Below, piece by piece: positions 1 to 11,093 of a stretch of 64,000 nt of DNA. Source of the stretch: Ascoidea asiatica JCM 7603 (lineage: Eukaryota; Fungi; Ascomycota); NCBI GenBank assembly GCA_001600695.1, contig BCKQ01000004.1, positions 1,354,321 to 1,418,320 of the forward strand. The letters are read 5' to 3'. The notes beneath the pieces were generated by a model, which was not told where the DNA came from, ran no database searches, and worked only from the letters and a program-made list of their open reading frames with translations. The translations under genes were made by a program, and so were the position numbers. Numbering within the stretch: position 1 is the first letter of the stretch; each line of letters begins with the position of its first letter.

Positions 1-364
1 AATTATTAATTATTTACGTCATTTATTAGTAACTTCAAGATCTATTATCCGATTATCTGACATACTTTCCCTCTAACAAAAATCAAAAACTAATAGTTCT
101 TGAAGCTCGATTGATTCACTTCATTGAGACCTAAAAAAATCAGTAAAATAGAAATAATTTAACTTAACCATAATCATACCATAATCATGTCATAAGCATA
201 TCATAGTCTTACTTGATATTTTAATTACCAAAATTTTTACATCTTTTCATAACTGAAACACCAACTAGATTAAATTAATCATATATTCTTTGTATCAGAA
301 GAAAATTCATATTATTTAACAAATTTCTCCTAAAAGATCAAGTTGCTATACATAATGTCTTTCT

Positions 365-3300
365 TTATTTAATATTATAGCTTTTAACAGTTTTATTAAG
401 TCTATCTTGAGACTTTTTATCTATTTGTCCTTTATCTGGTAAATTCATTGACTTCCTTCTAGTTATATTAACCATAGCTTGTCTTGGATGATGAGCTCCA
501 TGTGGAAAATATAATGCATCAATTGGTGGTAAATAATACATCTTTGATAAAGGTATATATACATATCCTTCATCTTCATTTTCTTCTTTTTCATTTATTT
601 CAACTATATTTTGTTGAATTTCTTTACTTTCATCTATTTCCATGTTATTAGATTTCGGAATATTCAATTTAGAATAACTCTCAAAAGCACTCTTTTCTTT
701 CAACACCTCATTAGAAAAATTAACTTTACTTTTATTATCCATATTAATATCAATGTCTTCTTTCTTAGTATTACAATCAGTACTTAAACCTTTTTCATTT
801 ACAATTTCATCATCATTATCATTGTCATCAATTTTAGTATTACAAGATAAATCTTCAGTCTCATCTGTATCAAATTTTTTAATCAAATTAATCTGATTAT
901 TTTTATCATTATTATCAATTATCAAAGATTCCTCATTTTTCTTTATTTTTTTACTTTTAACTTCACTTTTAGTTATTAATATATCTCTTCGTTTATTATA
1001 AAAACTTGGATTTCTACCTCTAACTTGAATTGGACTAGATCTAAGAGAACTTATCAAATATTTATTATTACTTTCATCAATAACATGTAATGCAATAACA
1101 ATATAATAAAAATTTTGAAACATTAAAAATCTACCATTATTTGGTGTTGCACTTTTAAATTGAGTTTTCCTTAATGAAAATGATAATTTATTTTTATCTT
1201 TGATTAAATCATTAGAAAAATCAAATGTAGATGAATTTAATTGAATTGATTTATTAGATTTTTTTGATAATTTCCTTATTTCTTTATGTTCACTAGAATT
1301 ACTATTATTAACATGACCTTTATCAATATTATCTTCATTATTACAATCTTTATTACAATCTTTATTAGAGTCTTTACTTGAATTTTCATCAAATATTAGT
1401 AAATCTACTATATCATTAGAAAAATTAGTTGTTGCATAGACAGATAATCTGAAAGATTTAAATTTATTTTTAATTTTTCTTCTTTTTGTAACATTTCCAA
1501 CTTGATTGTGGTTTGCTTTTTCCATTTCAACTTCCTTTCCTTTCTCTTTTTCATTTTCATTTTCATTTTTATTTTTATTTTCATTTTCAAAATCGTAATC
1601 ATAATCATAGTTTCTAATATTGTACCTACTTGAGTTAAAATTTTCTTTTTCAATTATAGAAATGAATTTTATTTTAGAAAATTTTTCAAAGCATAATGAT
1701 CCTGTTATATGAATAAAATTTCTTCTATAACAAGATATTGATGTTTTCTTTTTATTTTTTGAAGTTGCTTCAAAATTTGGATTTATTTTTTCATTGAAAT
1801 TAGTATTATTTATATATATATCATTTGATAATGTATAAAGAAATCTACCATCAATTTCTCCTTCTAATTTGAATTTAATTTCTTCATTTTTATCATTTAA
1901 TAATTTTATTCTATTATGCAGTTCAAATATTGATTCGATTTGAGTATTATTAGATATTATAGATTCATTACTATCATTTGAATTTCCACTAGGTTCATTA
2001 TTTATATCATTATTTATATTATAAGGATAAAGAAGTAAAAGTGATGAATATTTAGTAGAACTTTCTTTTGTTTTATGTTTTTTGATAGATTTTCCTTTTG
2101 ATGTATTCAAAACATTTGAATTATTTTCATTACTTATTTTTTCATCTCCACTTTCCTGATCAAAATTATTAAAATCTTTATCATGTATTTTCGAAATTTT
2201 TTCAATTGAGGCATCTTCGAGTTTTAAAGATTCTTCAACTTTTAAGGTTTCAGGTGGAATTGAGAAATTTGAATCAGTTTTAATAGTAGGATTTGAATAT
2301 GAGATTTGATTAGGTTTATTTGAATTTTTAATAATTTGAACAGATGGATTAAGTGGGGAAATTGAAGAGTTTGAAGAAGGAGATATTAAAGATTGATTTT
2401 TATCACTTATACATTTTTTTAAATTTTTTGGAGTTGAATTTATACTTGGATTAATAATAGAATCAACAAGAGGATTTACTTTTGATTTTGTTTTTGGAGA
2501 TATCGATGTTTTTAATTTATTATCGACTTGATCAGTAATTTTATTAACATTTTTTTTATTGTGAGTAGTAGTATCCTTAACTTTAGACATATTACCAAGA
2601 GTAGTGGTAATATTAGTAGTAGTATTTCCAATGCTTGTATTAGTAGTGATAGTATTATCTGTGGTAGAATTAGTGGAATTATTTGAATTTTGGTTATTAT
2701 CATTTGAATAGTAAGTTCCTAAATTATATTTGAAGCTATCATTAGTTAAGTTATGTATATTCAAAGATGTTTCATCATTATTAATCAAATTATTTTCAAG
2801 TGAGTTATATGCAGTGTTATTATTATTTGAATTATTATTTACAGAATTGTTTCGATTATAATTTCTATAAGTATTTTGGTTAGAAATTAAGTTTGAATTT
2901 ATATTTGGATTTATATTTGGGATCATATTCATGTTCATATTCATATTAGAGTTCACATTTGAATTTAAATTTATATTATTTAAATTTCTTGGATCATTAT
3001 TGTAATTAACTGAATTATAATTTCGATCTATACTTTGATTCAGGCTTTGGTTATAATTCTGATTATAGTTTTGGTTATAATTCTGGGTGAAATTTTGATT
3101 ATAGTTTTGACTATAGTTTGAGTTTGAATTTTGATTAGAGTTCTGATTATAGTCATTGCTATGATTATGATTATGATTATGATGATTAGAAATAGGATTA
3201 GGATTAGGATTAAAATTTTGGTTGAAATTCAGGTTGAAGTTTTGATTAAAATTTGGGTTGAAATTTGAATTATAATTTGGATTATAATTTGGATTAAAAT

Positions 3301-3943
3301 TTGGATTATAGTTTGGATTATAATTTGGATTATGATTATGATTATGATTATGATTTTGATTTGGGTTTATTATTGAAGCTTCAAATGGAAAATACGATGG
3401 AAAGTGAGAATGAGAATGAGGATTAATAGATGAATATAAATTAGAATTATATATATTAGATTGTTTTTGTTCATCACTATAGATTGAAGATGATAGTTCT
3501 GGATAATTAGGTTTTATTGATTCATATAATTGCAGATTATCGATATTATTCTCATTAGAGTTATTATTACTATTGCCATTATTATTGTTATTATAAATTC
3601 CATTGTTTGAATTAGTTTGAATTATTTGGTTTAAATTGTTATTAATATTATTGTTGTTATTATCAGTAATACTGATCTTAGTGTTATTTTTAGTATTATT
3701 TACAGATAAGAATGCTTGTGGAGTGATTGCATTACCATTATTACTATTAGTTACGGAACTATTAGAACTATTTTCATATTCATTATTGAACAGTTGTTGG
3801 ATATTTAAATTAATATCATTATTGTTATTATTTGAATCAAAATTTATTAAATTTTGATTATTTGAAGTGGTTTCTAATTCAGGTAAGAACAAAGAAGCAA
3901 ACTCATCTTCAATAGCTGAAATGGAACCTCTATTGGGGAACAT
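365..3943 (-). CDS. NDT80/PhoG-family transcription factor (possibly a Rep1/Ron1-like paralog rather than meiotic Ndt80) with a long Asn-rich N-terminus
   Basis: Ndt80 DNA-binding motifs SCYRRNF, RKTQFKSATPNNG and SSPIQVRGRNPSFY; C-terminal YYLPPIDALYFPHGAHH block. Confidence 0.85.
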   Translation of the reverse strand: MFPNRGSISAIEDEFASLFLPELETTSNNQNLINFDSNNNNNDINLNIQQLFNNEYENSSNSSVTNSNNGNAITPQAFLSVNNTKNNTKISITDNNNNNINNNLNQIIQTNSNNGIYNNNNNGNSNNNSNENNIDNLQLYESIKPNYPELSSSIYSDEQKQSNIYNSNLYSSINPHSHSHFPSYFPFEASIINPNQNHNHNHNHNPNYNPNYNPNFNPNYNPNYNSNFNPNFNQNFNLNFNQNFNPNPNPISNHHNHNHNHSNDYNQNSNQNSNSNYSQNYNQNFTQNYNQNYNQNYNQSLNQSIDRNYNSVNYNNDPRNLNNINLNSNVNSNMNMNMNMIPNINPNINSNLISNQNTYRNYNRNNSVNNNSNNNNTAYNSLENNLINNDETSLNIHNLTNDSFKYNLGTYYSNDNNQNSNNSTNSTTDNTITTNTSIGNTTTNITTTLGNMSKVKDTTTHNKKNVNKITDQVDNKLKTSISPKTKSKVNPLVDSIINPSINSTPKNLKKCISDKNQSLISPSSNSSISPLNPSVQIIKNSNKPNQISYSNPTIKTDSNFSIPPETLKVEESLKLEDASIEKISKIHDKDFNNFDQESGDEKISNENNSNVLNTSKGKSIKKHKTKESSTKYSSLLLLYPYNINNDINNEPSGNSNDSNESIISNNTQIESIFELHNRIKLLNDKNEEIKFKLEGEIDGRFLYTLSNDIYINNTNFNEKINPNFEATSKNKKKTSISCYRRNFIHITGSLCFEKFSKIKFISIIEKENFNSSRYNIRNYDYDYDFENENKNKNENENEKEKGKEVEMEKANHNQVGNVTKRRKIKNKFKSFRLSVYATTNFSNDIVDLLIFDENSSKDSNKDCNKDCNNEDNIDKGHVNNSNSSEHKEIRKLSKKSNKSIQLNSSTFDFSNDLIKDKNKLSFSLRKTQFKSATPNNGRFLMFQNFYYIVIALHVIDESNNKYLISSLRSSPIQVRGRNPSFYNKRRDILITKSEVKSKKIKKNEESLIIDNNDKNNQINLIKKFDTDETEDLSCNTKIDDNDNDDEIVNEKGLSTDCNTKKEDIDINMDNKSKVNFSNEVLKEKSAFESYSKLNIPKSNNMEIDESKEIQQNIVEINEKEENEDEGYVYIPLSKMYYLPPIDALYFPHGAHHPRQAMVNITRRKSMNLPDKGQIDKKSQDRLNKTVKSYNIK

Positions 3944-4921
3944 TATTTAGAATTATTTGTATATTGGATGATAAATTTGAAAAGAATTTCGATATAAACA
4001 TATATCTATTGATATTGACACTAGGGGATATAAAATATCATTTAGGACTTAATTTAGCAGGGTAAAAAGTACAACCTACAGATAATTTGATAAATCGATA
4101 AATCGAGTATTATATTGTTACTCCAGTTTATGTAATGATTATATTACAAGCAAATAATAAAAGAATAATACATTTACTCTTAGATCGAGTTTAAGAGATG
4201 CGATTGAATCTATTGTTTAATAGAGTAAATATATTCAGTAATAAATAAATAGCCAATTGTTAACGTTAAGTCCAAAAACAAGCTGTAAATAAATAATAGC
4301 TTTGATTGAAGCATGAACTTTGACACATTATTTTGATAAGTGCAGTAATGAATCAGTTAATCAGTTCACGAGCCGTGGGAAGATTGAAAATGGCGAGCAC
4401 GAAGAAAAACAAGAAAAACAAGAAGAAGAACAAAGTACACGAGAAATGGCACTACAAAACTGGCAGATCCACTGAGGTGGTAGCACCAGCCTAGTGGTCC
4501 TACAAAAGAGGAGCCAGAAAAGTGGCGTCAGCAGCGTTAGCAAAAATAATTTCATCTATTCAAAAGTAAGTTACTGCTGAAGCAGAGACAAGAAAAAAAA
4601 AGATTAGAAATTAGAGATTAGAAATCAGAAACTTAAAGAAGAAGAGCCCAGAGAAAATTATTAAAACAAAGGTTAAGACGAAAAGGAATAATCAGAGAAA
4701 CTATGGAAACCCATAACTAATCATTTAGAATGAAGAAAAACTGAGAAGAATAAGAAAATATTAAAGAAAGTAGATATCCTGAAAAAAAGGTAAAAAAAAG
4801 TTTAAAAAAATAGAGAAAGTCAAAAAAAAAAAAATAACAAGTAGAGATTGTGAAAAAGATAATACAGATATCATTCATCGAAAAAAGAAAAAAAAAAAGA
4901 TCAACATTTAGAATGCAATGA

Positions 4922-7669
4922 TTAAGTCGGAAACGACGCCGTCGGATCTCTATTATTCGTACTTTGCGTATTATTACTGCTTCCATCAGAATTATTGGAC
5001 TTATTAATTTCTTCACTATTAGTCGCCGTAGGTATTGAGCTATTGCTATTACCAATGTTATTGTTATTATTACTACCATTTTCAAGATTGATTTGATTCG
5101 GAAGGAGCCCATTATTTAAACCATTGGAATTCAAAGCCATCATTTGCATTTGCATTTGTAATTGTAAAGGAATTCCCATTGGCATTTTTAATCCATTATT
5201 CAACCCATTTATACCAGCTAATCCATTTATACTATTAAGATTATTTAAATTATTGAAATTGTTTAGATTATTAAGGTCATTTAGATTATTGAGATCATTC
5301 AATCCATTCAATCCATTTAACCCATTTAATCCATCTAACCCATTGATATTATTTAAACCATTTATGTTATTCAAATTATTTAAATTATTCAAGTTACCCA
5401 TATTATTCAAGTTATTCAAATCATTCATATTGTTCATATTATTCATATTATTCATATTATTCATATTATTCATATTATTCATACCGTTCATATTATTCAA
5501 GTTATTCATATTCAAATTATTTATATTCAAATTATTCATGTTATTCATATTATTCATATTCATATTATTCATATTCAAATTATTTAAAGCATTCATTAAA
5601 TTAATATTCAAAGGACCCATTTGATTCAATGCATTAATATTCATATTCATGTTATTAAGATTACCTAAATTATTTAGAGCATTAGGATTATCTCCAACTC
5701 CTAATAATCCATCAAAATTCATTGGACTATTATTACTATTTATTTCACTTGGCGATGATGTATTAAAACCATCAATTACTCCATTATTATTTCCTGAATT
5801 CAAATTAGAATTTAAATTCAAATTTGAATTTTCAGTATTACTTGAAACATTTGAATCAATCAGAATATTTCTATTATTAACAAATGTTCCCATAGTTATT
5901 CCAATATCTCCTGGTTGTGAGTTATTAGGCGCCTGTGCCATCATCAATGCTTCTTGGCTATTATTAAATATTGTATTATTGAAAATTGGTGCATTTATAC
6001 CATTAGGAGAATTTGAAAAATTATTATTACTATCAAATAAATTTGGACTTCCCATGAAATCACTTCCATTAATACTTGGACTTTGTTGTTGAATAATTGT
6101 TGCAGGATTTGAACTATTATTATCTTGAGAATAATGTCCATTAAATGAATGTAAACTATTATTAGATATTGAACTTGAATTTGAATTAGTTCTGATTAAT
6201 GTATGAAAATTATCTTTATTTGATTTTGAATTTGCAATTGATTGAATTTGAGCATTGATATTTGCTTCATTATTAGCCTGTAATTGTAATTGAATTTGTC
6301 TTTGAATTTGTTCTTCAACAATATATGCATGAATAGAGTTTAAATCTAAAGAATTGTAAATATCTGAACCTGAAGAACTTGAAGAAATACTATTATTTTG
6401 AGAATTAAAATTACCACCTAAACCCGAAATTCCACCAATACCATTATTCATATTATTATTATTATTATTGATTCCATTTGAATTTTTTAAAGCTTCTAAT
6501 CTTTTTTCGTTTTCTGCTTCTTCAGCTAATGGTCTTATACAATTTTTACCAGTTTCAGTTTTAAAATGCCTACCTAAAGCATCAGCCCTTGCAAATTTTT
6601 TACTACAACCCCAGGTTTTACCAGTTTTTAAAGTTCCAAAACATTTATATCTTTTTTCACCGGTATGTAAATCTTCATGTCTTTTTCTATCATGTTGTCT
6701 TGCAAAAGCCTTTTGACAAATTGAACATTCAAAAGGTTTTTCATTTGTATGAGTTCTTTTATGAGATTTTAAATTATAAGGTCTTGTAAAAGCTTTATTA
6801 CAAACATCACATTTATGAATTGAAGGATGTTTTTGTTTTTTTGGATTATCTGGATTAATAATTGAAATTCTTAATAATTTTTCAGGATTACTTGTTAAAG
6901 CATCAGCTTTTTCTTGAGGAGATTTTGATCTTGATTTTCTTGAAGTAGTTGAAGTTTTTGAAGAATTAGATGTTGATCTTGCTCTTCTATTTAAATCTTT
7001 TGCAATTAAATTAGATGAAGAATCAATTTTTTCATCTTTTTTCTCTAATTCTGATTTTTTTATAATTTCTTTATCTTTATCTTTATCTTTTTCCTTCTTT
7101 TTATCCTTATAAATTAATGAATTACTTGAATCAATTTCATTTTTTATATTGGAAGAAGAATTATTATTATTGAAATTATCATCATCATTGATTTCAAAAT
7201 CTTTCAGAGCATTTAAAATATCATTATCATTATTATTGATATTATTATTGTTTATTAAATTTTTTTCTTGTTCTTTTTTATCAATTTTATTAATAATATT
7301 CAAAAGATCATTTTCTTTATGAGGTATTGGAGATTTTGAATTTGATCTTGATAAATTTTTAGTTGAATTTCTTGGAGATCTTGGATATCTTACTAAAGGA
7401 GATAAATTTGGTTTTGTTATTGAATTTGAATTAGAAATTGAAGTTGAATTGTAATCAGATACATTATATGAATTAGTTGTATTTGATCTTAATCTTTGAT
7501 TTGATTTTGATCTTTCATTTGATTTTGAACGTGATCTTGATTTTGATCTTGATCTAATAAATGAAGAAGAAGTTGATAAAGATCTTTTGATTGAATCATT
7601 GAAGTTTGAATTTGCAGTTGTATCTAAAGGAGATAATAATTGATTTGAATCATCAATTACAACCTCATA

Positions 7670-7708
<39 letters not shown>

Positions 7709-8791
7709 ATTATTATCAGTACTTTCTTCAATATTATTTGTATTGAATAAACTTTGATTATTATCATTAAATGATGTATTTAATTTTGGTAAAGGTTCAT
7801 CAGTAATATTTAAAGAAGGAATTTGATTTTGAAATTGATTTAAATCATCATTATAAAATAATGAATTTTTATTATTATTTGAATTATTTGGATTATCAAA
7901 GAATATTGAATTTATGAGTGTACCATTATTATCCAAATTATTATTCATATTAATATTATTATTATTATTATTAATTGTATTTGAATTTGTATTAGTATCA
8001 GTATTAATATCAATATTACTAATTGAAATTGAAGGAGATAATAATGGAGAAGCATTACCAGATATATTTAAATGACTATTATAAGAATTAATTCTTGTTA
8101 GATTATTATTTAAATTATTATTTAGATTATTATTTGAAATTGAATTTGGAGAAGATACTAGAGAATTATCATTTGAATTATCATTTGAATTTAAATTTAT
8201 TGGAGAATTTGAATTTGGTAATGATAAATTGTTGTTGTTGTTGTTGTTGTTGTTATTGTTATTGGAGGTATTGGCGGTATTGTTATTATTAAAGATATTG
8301 GTATTGTTATTGTTGTAGGTGTTATTGGTATCATCATTGGTTGAATTAAATTGATTTGAACTTAGGATAGTATCATTTAATTGAATTTTAATATCATTAT
8401 TGATATTATTATTGTTATTATTAGTCTTATTATTAATATTATTATTATTATTTTCCATATCATTAATGTAATCACTTAATTGATAATCTAAATTATTATC
8501 TAGAGATAGACTTAAATTTAAATCCTGATTTGGATATAATAATGAATTAATATCAAGATTTATATTATTAAGATTATTTAAATCATTTAAATCATTTAAA
8601 TCTTCAAAGTTATCTAAATTATCTAAATTATTAAAAGAGTTTAAATGATCTAAAGATTCTAAATTATTTATATTAAAAAAGTCATTTTGATTTTGTTTAT
8701 TTTGTTTATTTTGTTTATTTTGATTTTGTTGATTATCATCATTCTGCAGAATATTTTGATTATTATTCTGTTGATTATTTGAATGAGACAT
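4922..8791 (-). CDS. CRZ1: Calcineurin-responsive C2H2 zinc-finger transcription factor
   Basis: [48 protein letters not shown] plus the atypical third finger ...[17 protein letters not shown], characteristic of Crz1/CrzA; Ser/Arg-rich region upstream. Confidence 0.93.
5190..5670 (-). repeat. Coding 9-nt repeat in the CRZ1 C-terminus encoding (NNM)/(NNL)/(NGL)n
   Basis: CATATTATT and related units repeated many times. Confidence 0.85.
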
Positions 8792-10064
8792 TATTGAAAT
8801 AATTTTATATCTATATCTATATCTATGTCTTTATTTGTTCGTATTATATAATATTATGAGTTATGATAATAGTATTTTGTTCAGTACCTTATGTTTGAAT
8901 CACTTTTTTTTTAAATTTAGAATAAATCAATGTGTTTAATTCCAATGAATAGTATAATGGAATTAGGATTATCAAATGTCCACTTTTAGTTCAGAAATTA
9001 GTTAAAAACAGTTTACCTGTCTATTTAATCGAGTGAATTGTTTCGATATTAATTTATTTGTTTATTTGAAATATATTTCACTGTTTTATTATACTATCTT
9101 ATATTCTATTGTAATATTCTATTGTAATATATTATTGTCATATATTATTGTCTGTAATGTAATTAATTAATTGTATCTGCTGAATTGAATTTGGAAAGGT
9201 CTCTGCTACTACCGCAAAGGTATCTAATTTTTGGTTAGTATCTCAAATCTGAGATAAAGCGATACCGTTCTGGTACTGGTGAACTTAGTAAAGTAAATTA
9301 ACTGAAGCTTCAGAGTGGTAAAATGTGACCGCTCGGAAGCAGCGTGCAACTCACCATTCTCAAATGCACCAACGCACCAACGCACCAATTGCCCACTGTC
9401 GTCAATGCACCGGAACCACTTTAACCGCAAGCAGAATCTCCCCAACTACCAGTTCCAAGGTACTGCATGCACAAGCCACAAAGCACAACAAACAAAAGGG
9501 GTAATGCACATGTGTTTCTGATTTCCGACTAAATTTGTTCCGCTGATGTTCCTTAAATGTTCCGCGATGCTTCCAACAAAACTGCACCTTGCATTATAAT
9601 GCATCCGGATCTAAACTTTTTCCTTGACTCACGGATACATTACGGGAACTCCAAAATTGCTTTGCACACTTCGATGTCGAGTAACGTAAAAGTAACCCAA
9701 AAGTAACCCAAAAGTAACGTCAAATTAACGTTAAACTGACAATGGAATAAAATAAAAATAACTTTTTTAACTGTCAATATTCGATTATTTCGAATTTTAA
9801 ATGAAAAGCATTTATTTTCAATATTGAAAAGTATCAGCGCTTATTTTAATTATTGTAAAACAACATTTAAAATGTTACGAGTTTGATTTTGTTATTCTGT
9901 TTCTTTTTTAGCTTTTAGATAGTATAAATATGAATATAAAAGGGGACTCAATTCCCTTTTAATTTCAAAATAGTAGTTTTGAATTATTTATTCTTATTCT
10001 TTTATTGAAATACTGTCAGATAATTAGATATCATATATGAACATCAAATATCTATTATATAATT

Positions 10065-10940
10065 ATGCCGCCAAGAAAAAAACAAAAAAAAGATCCTAAA
10101 GATCCCAAAGATCCAAAATATCCAAAAGATCCTAAAACTCTTAAAAATTTCAAAGAGCCAAACAATTCAAAAGATTCCAACCAATCCAACCAATCTAAAG
10201 AATCCAGAGACTCGAATGAACCCAAGGAACCTGAAGAACTTAAAGAGCCTACCGAATCTAATGAAGAATTAAATAATTTAATTCTCGATTATTTAAATAA
10301 TCAATATAGACCATATTCATCTAATGATATTTTCTTAAATTTGCAAAATCAATTTAAAAAACTGAATTCTGAAATTATTTTAAATAATAATAATAAAAAA
10401 TTTAATAAAAAAACTAAATTTTCAAAAATTAATATACTTAAATCTTTAGAAAATTTATCATTAAATAATAAAATTTTTAAAAAAAATTATGGTAAACAAA
10501 CCTTTTATTTATCTTTAGAAAAAAAGATTGATTTAATTGATAATAATAATAGTAATAATATTTCAATAAAAAATTTTGATGAGTTGAAAATTTTAAATGA
10601 TGAAAAAAAATTACAATTAAAAAATTTAAATGAAAATTTAATCACACTTAATAAAACTAAATCAAATTATCAATTAATTAATGATTTAATTGATTTAAAT
10701 AAAAGTTATACTAAGAAGAAATATCTTTTAAATAATTATGAAAAAAATTCAGCTAATTCCAATTTTAATGATAAAAATTCATTAGATAAAACTCAATTAA
10801 TTAAAAAAAATATTTCCTTACAAAAAGAATTTAAATTTAGACTAAAAATTTATAATGAGATTATTATTGTTATGAAAGAAAATTTACCAAATGTTAATCA
10901 ATTATTAGAACAAATTGGTTGCCAAAATATCAATCAGTAA
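10065..10940 (+). CDS. HOP2: Hop2/TBPIP meiotic homologous-pairing protein
   Basis: Winged-helix motifs ILDYLNNQYRPYSSNDIFLNL and KKNYGKQTFY, followed by a coiled coil and terminal LLEQIG. Confidence 0.8.
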   Translation: MPPRKKQKKDPKDPKDPKYPKDPKTLKNFKEPNNSKDSNQSNQSKESRDSNEPKEPEELKEPTESNEELNNLILDYLNNQYRPYSSNDIFLNLQNQFKKLNSEIILNNNNKKFNKKTKFSKINILKSLENLSLNNKIFKKNYGKQTFYLSLEKKIDLIDNNNSNNISIKNFDELKILNDEKKLQLKNLNENLITLNKTKSNYQLINDLIDLNKSYTKKKYLLNNYEKNSANSNFNDKNSLDKTQLIKKNISLQKEFKFRLKIYNEIIIVMKENLPNVNQLLEQIGCQNINQ

Positions 10941-11045
10941 TAATTTCAGTTTTTTAATACATATTGCAATATATAATATAATATAATTGAACTTATCTTT
11001 AATGATTCAGTTCATTTGAATAACATTTAAAATTCTCATTGGCGA

Positions 11046-11054
11046 TTATTGACG

Positions 11055-11093
<39 letters not shown>

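Noticed and set aside
5124-6092. Antisense Leu/Phe/Ile-rich ORFs (also 11335-11982, 14251-14442, 27230-27667, 34318-34524, 36827-37018)
   Set aside because: Shadows of poly-Asn codons (AAT read as ATT/TTA) on the opposite strand of real genes
9475-9490. Ndt80 MSE or Ume6 URS1 upstream of HOP2
   Set aside because: GCCACAAAG is only a partial MSE match and no URS1 (TCGGCGGCT) is present
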